Origin: Promethearchaeota archaeon
Lineage (GTDB): Archaea; Asgardarchaeota; Lokiarchaeia; Sigyniarchaeales; SOKP01
NCBI GenBank assembly: GCA_048937405.1
Contig: JBHLNF010000004.1
Span: forward strand, 32,001-96,000
Reading direction: 5' to 3'
DNA length: 64,000 nt
The notes beneath the pieces are model-generated. The model saw only the letters and a program-made list of their open reading frames with translations. It was not told where the DNA came from and ran no database searches. Numbering within the stretch: the first letter of the stretch is position 1; each line of letters starts with the position of its first letter. The position numbers were made by a program, and so were the translations under genes. Shown here one piece after another: positions 60,139 through 64,000 of this stretch.

Positions 60139-61887
60139 TTATTTCTTTATTAGGATAAGCTTATTTTCATCTATTATAATTTTATTCTTATTTAAAGGAC
60201 TAAGGTTATAAGTGTTCTTCATTGCATTTACAATGAGATTTCCAATAAACTTAAGCTTAAGTGTGTTGAATAAGTCATTAATCATTTGTAGATCTTCGGG
60301 AATTGATACACCCAAAAATGGATTTAAAAATAAGTAAATACTTGCACAAATTATTATCCCTATGATTAAACTTATCGTTCCATCAAAAGGAAAGATTAAT
60401 AGAATGAAGAACAAAATCAATAAATTGGGAATTAATCTATATAATTTAAAATTATATTTGATATCCAATTTTATTTTGAGTTGAATTAAAATGTAGGGCA
60501 ATAGAAAAACTGAAGAAATAATCATAACAATTCCTATCCCTAAGATTTTAAAAAGGAAAATAAAAAAAGGAGTAGTTACAATTATTATTATTAGAGTTAT
60601 TCCAAAGCCTTTAGCTGCCAAGTCAGCATTTCCTGACCCAATTAGAGCATTACCAAATAATGTTGCATATCCATAAATAAATTGCCCTGAAATAATAAGA
60701 ATGAATAATAATTGAGCCATATTGAATAAATCTCTATTAAAAACACCATTTTCTATAAAAAAGTTTCTATGTAAGTAAAATAATAATTCTCCAGAAAGAG
60801 CTATCATTGCTGTCATAAAACCTAATGCTAAAATACTCGAGATTCGTGTAGATGCATTTATTGACTCCTCTACAGTCTCATGATTCTCTTTTACACATGC
60901 TTCAGCTATTTCAATATTCAATGGAGCAGAATAATAAAGAATTACAGATTTTACAGCACCATAAGTTAACAAAACAGTTAATAAACTCAAACCAAATCCT
61001 TGGGTTGAAGGATCGGTAAAAATTGCAAGGTAAATTGCAGCAAAAAAGAATAAAATATCTTCAAAAAATCTAGAGTTTTGAATATTCGTTATCATAGAAT
61101 ACACAGAATTTTTCATATAATACCAAATCTGATGTTTTTTAATCAAATTTCTGTATTTTGGGGGTGCTCTCTCTCTCATAGCTTGAGATTTTAGATTAGA
61201 CTTCAAAATCTCAAAAATAGAATAAGGTGCTAATCGTATAAAGAAATAAATTAAGAGAATTAAGGTAATTATATTGAAAAATGGATAAAATGCAAATAAA
61301 AAAGGATTCAGATTAAATGATATGAAAATATAGGCAAATATTAATAAAAAGATTCCATTAAATATTGATGTAAAAGCAATTATATCGTATCTATTTCTAA
61401 TTTCAATTCCAATTTGAAACATTAATGTACCATAAATTAAAAAAGTAGAGAACCCTGAAGCGAAAATGCATTCTCTTAATAATGAATTCGTTAAAAAAAA
61501 CCAAAAGATAAAAGGAATAGTTATCATGATTAATCCCAATCCCAATCCAATTAATAATAATAGTTTGGAGTAAGTTGTAGCTTTCAATCGTCCAATTTCC
61601 TTATCAATAACAAATGCAGCTTTAATTTCTGCGATAAAGGATCTAGAAATCCCAATTCCAATTAAACTAATAATCCCATTAATTGCTGTTGTTAATCCAA
61701 AATATTGTAACCCATCCCAACCTGTACCTAATATCACAAAAATCCAGATACATCCCGCATTAATTAAGGAGAAGAATATATTAAGAGATCCAGAAGTGAT
61801 TACTCGCGAACTACCTTCTTTTTCAAAAAAATTATGTTCTCTTATGAATTCAATTTGAAGTTTTTCTCTATCTGGTTTTTTTTCCAT
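60139..61887 (-). CDS. MOP-superfamily flippase-like membrane protein
   Basis: ~14 TM; LG...YFGL..AI N-terminus; ALIGSG near the C-terminus. Confidence 0.65.
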   Translation of the reverse strand: MEKKPDREKLQIEFIREHNFFEKEGSSRVITSGSLNIFFSLINAGCIWIFVILGTGWDGLQYFGLTTAINGIISLIGIGISRSFIAEIKAAFVIDKEIGRLKATTYSKLLLLIGLGLGLIMITIPFIFWFFLTNSLLRECIFASGFSTFLIYGTLMFQIGIEIRNRYDIIAFTSIFNGIFLLIFAYIFISFNLNPFLFAFYPFFNIITLILLIYFFIRLAPYSIFEILKSNLKSQAMRERAPPKYRNLIKKHQIWYYMKNSVYSMITNIQNSRFFEDILFFFAAIYLAIFTDPSTQGFGLSLLTVLLTYGAVKSVILYYSAPLNIEIAEACVKENHETVEESINASTRISSILALGFMTAMIALSGELLFYLHRNFFIENGVFNRDLFNMAQLLFILIISGQFIYGYATLFGNALIGSGNADLAAKGFGITLIIIIVTTPFFIFLFKILGIGIVMIISSVFLLPYILIQLKIKLDIKYNFKLYRLIPNLLILFFILLIFPFDGTISLIIGIIICASIYLFLNPFLGVSIPEDLQMINDLFNTLKLKFIGNLIVNAMKNTYNLSPLNKNKIIIDENKLILIKK

Positions 61888-62071
61888 TTATGGAGCGTTC
61901 TCAAAACTCTTTATTGATATGGAATTAAAGAGAGATAAAAAAGTTTTAGAAATTAAAAAATCGAAGAGAAAACAATATATTAAAAATGTTTGTTCATCGT
62001 CTAATAAAACATATTTTTATGAAAGCTGCTTTCATTAGCATATTTATTATTCAAATAAAAGAATTATCAAT

Positions 62072-62245
62072 ATGAACGAAGAAGAAATTATATGCGAGAA
62101 TTGTGGAGAAAATACATCTAATGAAATTTATGAATGTGCAGACTGTTTTAATCAAATTTGTGAAGAATGCGGTAATATCTGCAAGAAGTGTGGAAAATAT
62201 CTGTGTGATGGATGTTATCATGATCATAAAAAGAATTGCAGATAG
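62072..62245 (+). CDS. small Cys-rich zinc-finger protein, 57 aa (not in ORF track)
   Basis: MNEEEIICENCGENTSNEIYECADCFNQICEECGNICKKCGKYLCDGCYHDHKKNCR; five CxxC; stop abuts the next ATG. Confidence 0.8.
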   Translation: MNEEEIICENCGENTSNEIYECADCFNQICEECGNICKKCGKYLCDGCYHDHKKNCR

Positions 62246-62650
62246 ATGAAGGGCACTTATATTTTAGTTATATATTATGGAAAAGCAAATGAAATCAAGA
62301 TTGGAGCACTCGGTAACATATTCTTTTCAAAGGGTTATTATTTTTATGTTGGATCCGGAATGGGGGCTATTGGTTCTTCTACATTATTAAACCGAGTAAA
62401 AAGACATCTACTAAATCATAAAGAAAAGAGTATTCATTGGCATATAGATTATTTATTAGCAGACAAAATGTCCTTCATAACAAGAATCTACTTAATTCCT
62501 TCTATTGCTCCATTGGAATGTAAGATTGCTCAAGACTTAGCTAGTAACTCTGATAATATCATAGATAATTTTGGATCATCCGATTGCAGTTGCAAAAGTC
62601 ATTTAATATATTTTGCAAATTTTACAGAATTAAGTAAAATATTCCAATAA
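62246..62650 (+). CDS. DUF123 GIY-YIG nuclease family protein
   Basis: KGTYIL, YVGSG, RVKRH, HWHIDYL, FGSSDCSCKSHL. Confidence 0.9.
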   Translation: MKGTYILVIYYGKANEIKIGALGNIFFSKGYYFYVGSGMGAIGSSTLLNRVKRHLLNHKEKSIHWHIDYLLADKMSFITRIYLIPSIAPLECKIAQDLASNSDNIIDNFGSSDCSCKSHLIYFANFTELSKIFQ

Positions 62651-62793
62651 TTAAGAATACGATGATTAATTCCACATAAAAAACAATAATTATAAAAATT
62701 CTTAAGTTTAGAAATAATTTTTTATTAGTACATATTATTTAGAAAAGAGGAATTATACTCAAATAATTAAAATTTAGAAGAGTGAAAATTATT

Positions 62794-63729
62794 ATGGGAA
62801 TGTTAGATGGGAAGGTAGCCATTATAACTGGGGCTGGAAGGGGTTTAGGTCGTGAAGAAGCATTACTTTTTGCTAAAGAAGGATGTAATTTAGTAATTAA
62901 CGATTTAGGCGCAGGTTTTGATGGGAGTGGTGCCGAAACAAAGGTTGCGGATCAAATAGTTGAAGAATGTAAAAATCTGGGGATTAAAGCTGTTGCCAAT
63001 TATGATTCAGTTACAGATTTTAATAAAGCTAAAGCCATGATTGATCAAGCAGTTTCTGAATTTGGAAAATTGAACATACTTGTCAATAATGCTGGTATTC
63101 TTAGAGACCGAATGCTTTTTAATATGACAGAGCAAGAATTTGATGATGTTTTAGCAGTGCATTTAAAAGGTACGTTTAATATGACACGTCACGCTGCTGC
63201 ATATTTTAGAACTACTGTAAAAGCAAATGAATCACTTGGCAATTTCGGGAGAATAATTAATACAGCATCAGATGCAGGTTTAACCGGAAATTTGGGACAA
63301 ACTAATTATGGAGCAGCCAAAGCTGGTATTGCTGCATTTACTATGAATGCTTCGATGGAATTAAAAAAGTATGCTACAGTTAATTGTATCGTTCCATTAG
63401 CAAGAACTCGTTTAACAGTTGATGCTACTCCACAAACTGCTGAATTTATGAAAAAACTCGATAAATCAGGATATGATATTTTTAATCCTGTTAATGTGGC
63501 ACCAATGGTTGCATTTCTTGCATCAGATAAAGCTTCAAAAATTAATGGTGAAGTATATAGAGTCGTAGGTGATCGTATTATGCTATTCCAAGGATGGCAT
63601 ACTGTTAATCAAATTGATAACAATCATAAACCATTTACTCCACAATTAATAGCTGAAAGAATCGACGAATTAATGAAAGGAGCACCTAAGAGGGAAAGTT
63701 TATTTGGTCTTTTAGGAGATTTGGTATAG
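62794..63729 (+). CDS. SDR oxidoreductase (3-hydroxyacyl-CoA dehydrogenase, MFE-2-like)
   Basis: TGAGRGLG, VINDLG, NNAGILRD, YGAAK. Confidence 0.92.
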   Translation: MGMLDGKVAIITGAGRGLGREEALLFAKEGCNLVINDLGAGFDGSGAETKVADQIVEECKNLGIKAVANYDSVTDFNKAKAMIDQAVSEFGKLNILVNNAGILRDRMLFNMTEQEFDDVLAVHLKGTFNMTRHAAAYFRTTVKANESLGNFGRIINTASDAGLTGNLGQTNYGAAKAGIAAFTMNASMELKKYATVNCIVPLARTRLTVDATPQTAEFMKKLDKSGYDIFNPVNVAPMVAFLASDKASKINGEVYRVVGDRIMLFQGWHTVNQIDNNHKPFTPQLIAERIDELMKGAPKRESLFGLLGDLV

Positions 63730-63797
63730 AGATAATTTAAATTTCTTTTTTTCATTATTTTTTTTTTTCTGTTCTACATATAATTTATCTGAAATAT

Positions 63798-64000
63798 TTA
63801 TTGTAAATTATTGATTATTTCTCTGAAAATATTATAAACAAGCAAAATTATTCTATCAAAATCCATTTCGGATATATTAGAGTAATTATTTTTTAATCTA
63901 TTTAACAAAAAATCCAATTTATCTAATCCCTTTTTTAGATAAGATATTTCTTCCTTCATTTTTGTTCCTTCTAATCGAGCTTTTAAAAAGATTATCTCAC
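63798..64000 (-). CDS. C-terminal part of a hypothetical protein running off the window
   Basis: Open frame of 66 codons from the edge (EIIFLKARLEG...IINNLQ*). Confidence 0.55.
   Translation of the reverse strand, partial: EIIFLKARLEGTKMKEEISYLKKGLDKLDFLLNRLKNNYSNISEMDFDRIILLVYNIFREIINNLQ

Overview
AT-rich, gene-dense archaeal chromosomal DNA, most consistent with an Asgard archaeon of Lokiarchaeia type. Support: TFB, PAC2, AfpA, GGTGA/GGAG RBSs and tRNA-Ala(GGC) without CCA, plus eukaryote-like proteins (Rab-like GTPase, Rpn11-like JAMM protein, uDENN/longin-like protein, alpha-SNAP-like solenoid, site-1-protease-like subtilase). All family calls are from motif recognition, not database searches. 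Main loci: a copper-export locus (CopA, PadR-TRASH regulator, two related small Cys-rich domains); a CotH-CotH / VTC / DUF4956 operon; iscS+iscU (MIS-type) and sufC+sufB-like (SMS-type) Fe-S genes; a divergent KH-like beta-CASP nuclease; a MoxR AAA+ / HEXXH-VWA pair; lipid/CoA enzymes; and a 14-repeat LVIVD surface protein. The top candidate for an undescribed system is the CotH(pseudokinase+kinase)-VTC-DUF4956 operon, hypothesised to make and export polyphosphate for surface phosphorylation. A second pattern is three replacement scars, where an extra gene lies between an intact gene and a diverged stub of the same gene (afpA, dut, a GNAT gene); one involves a double-HNH endonuclease. Two genes appear to need non-canonical starts, and three small ORFs missed by the ORF track were found. 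No CRISPR, rRNA, transposase or integrase was seen.
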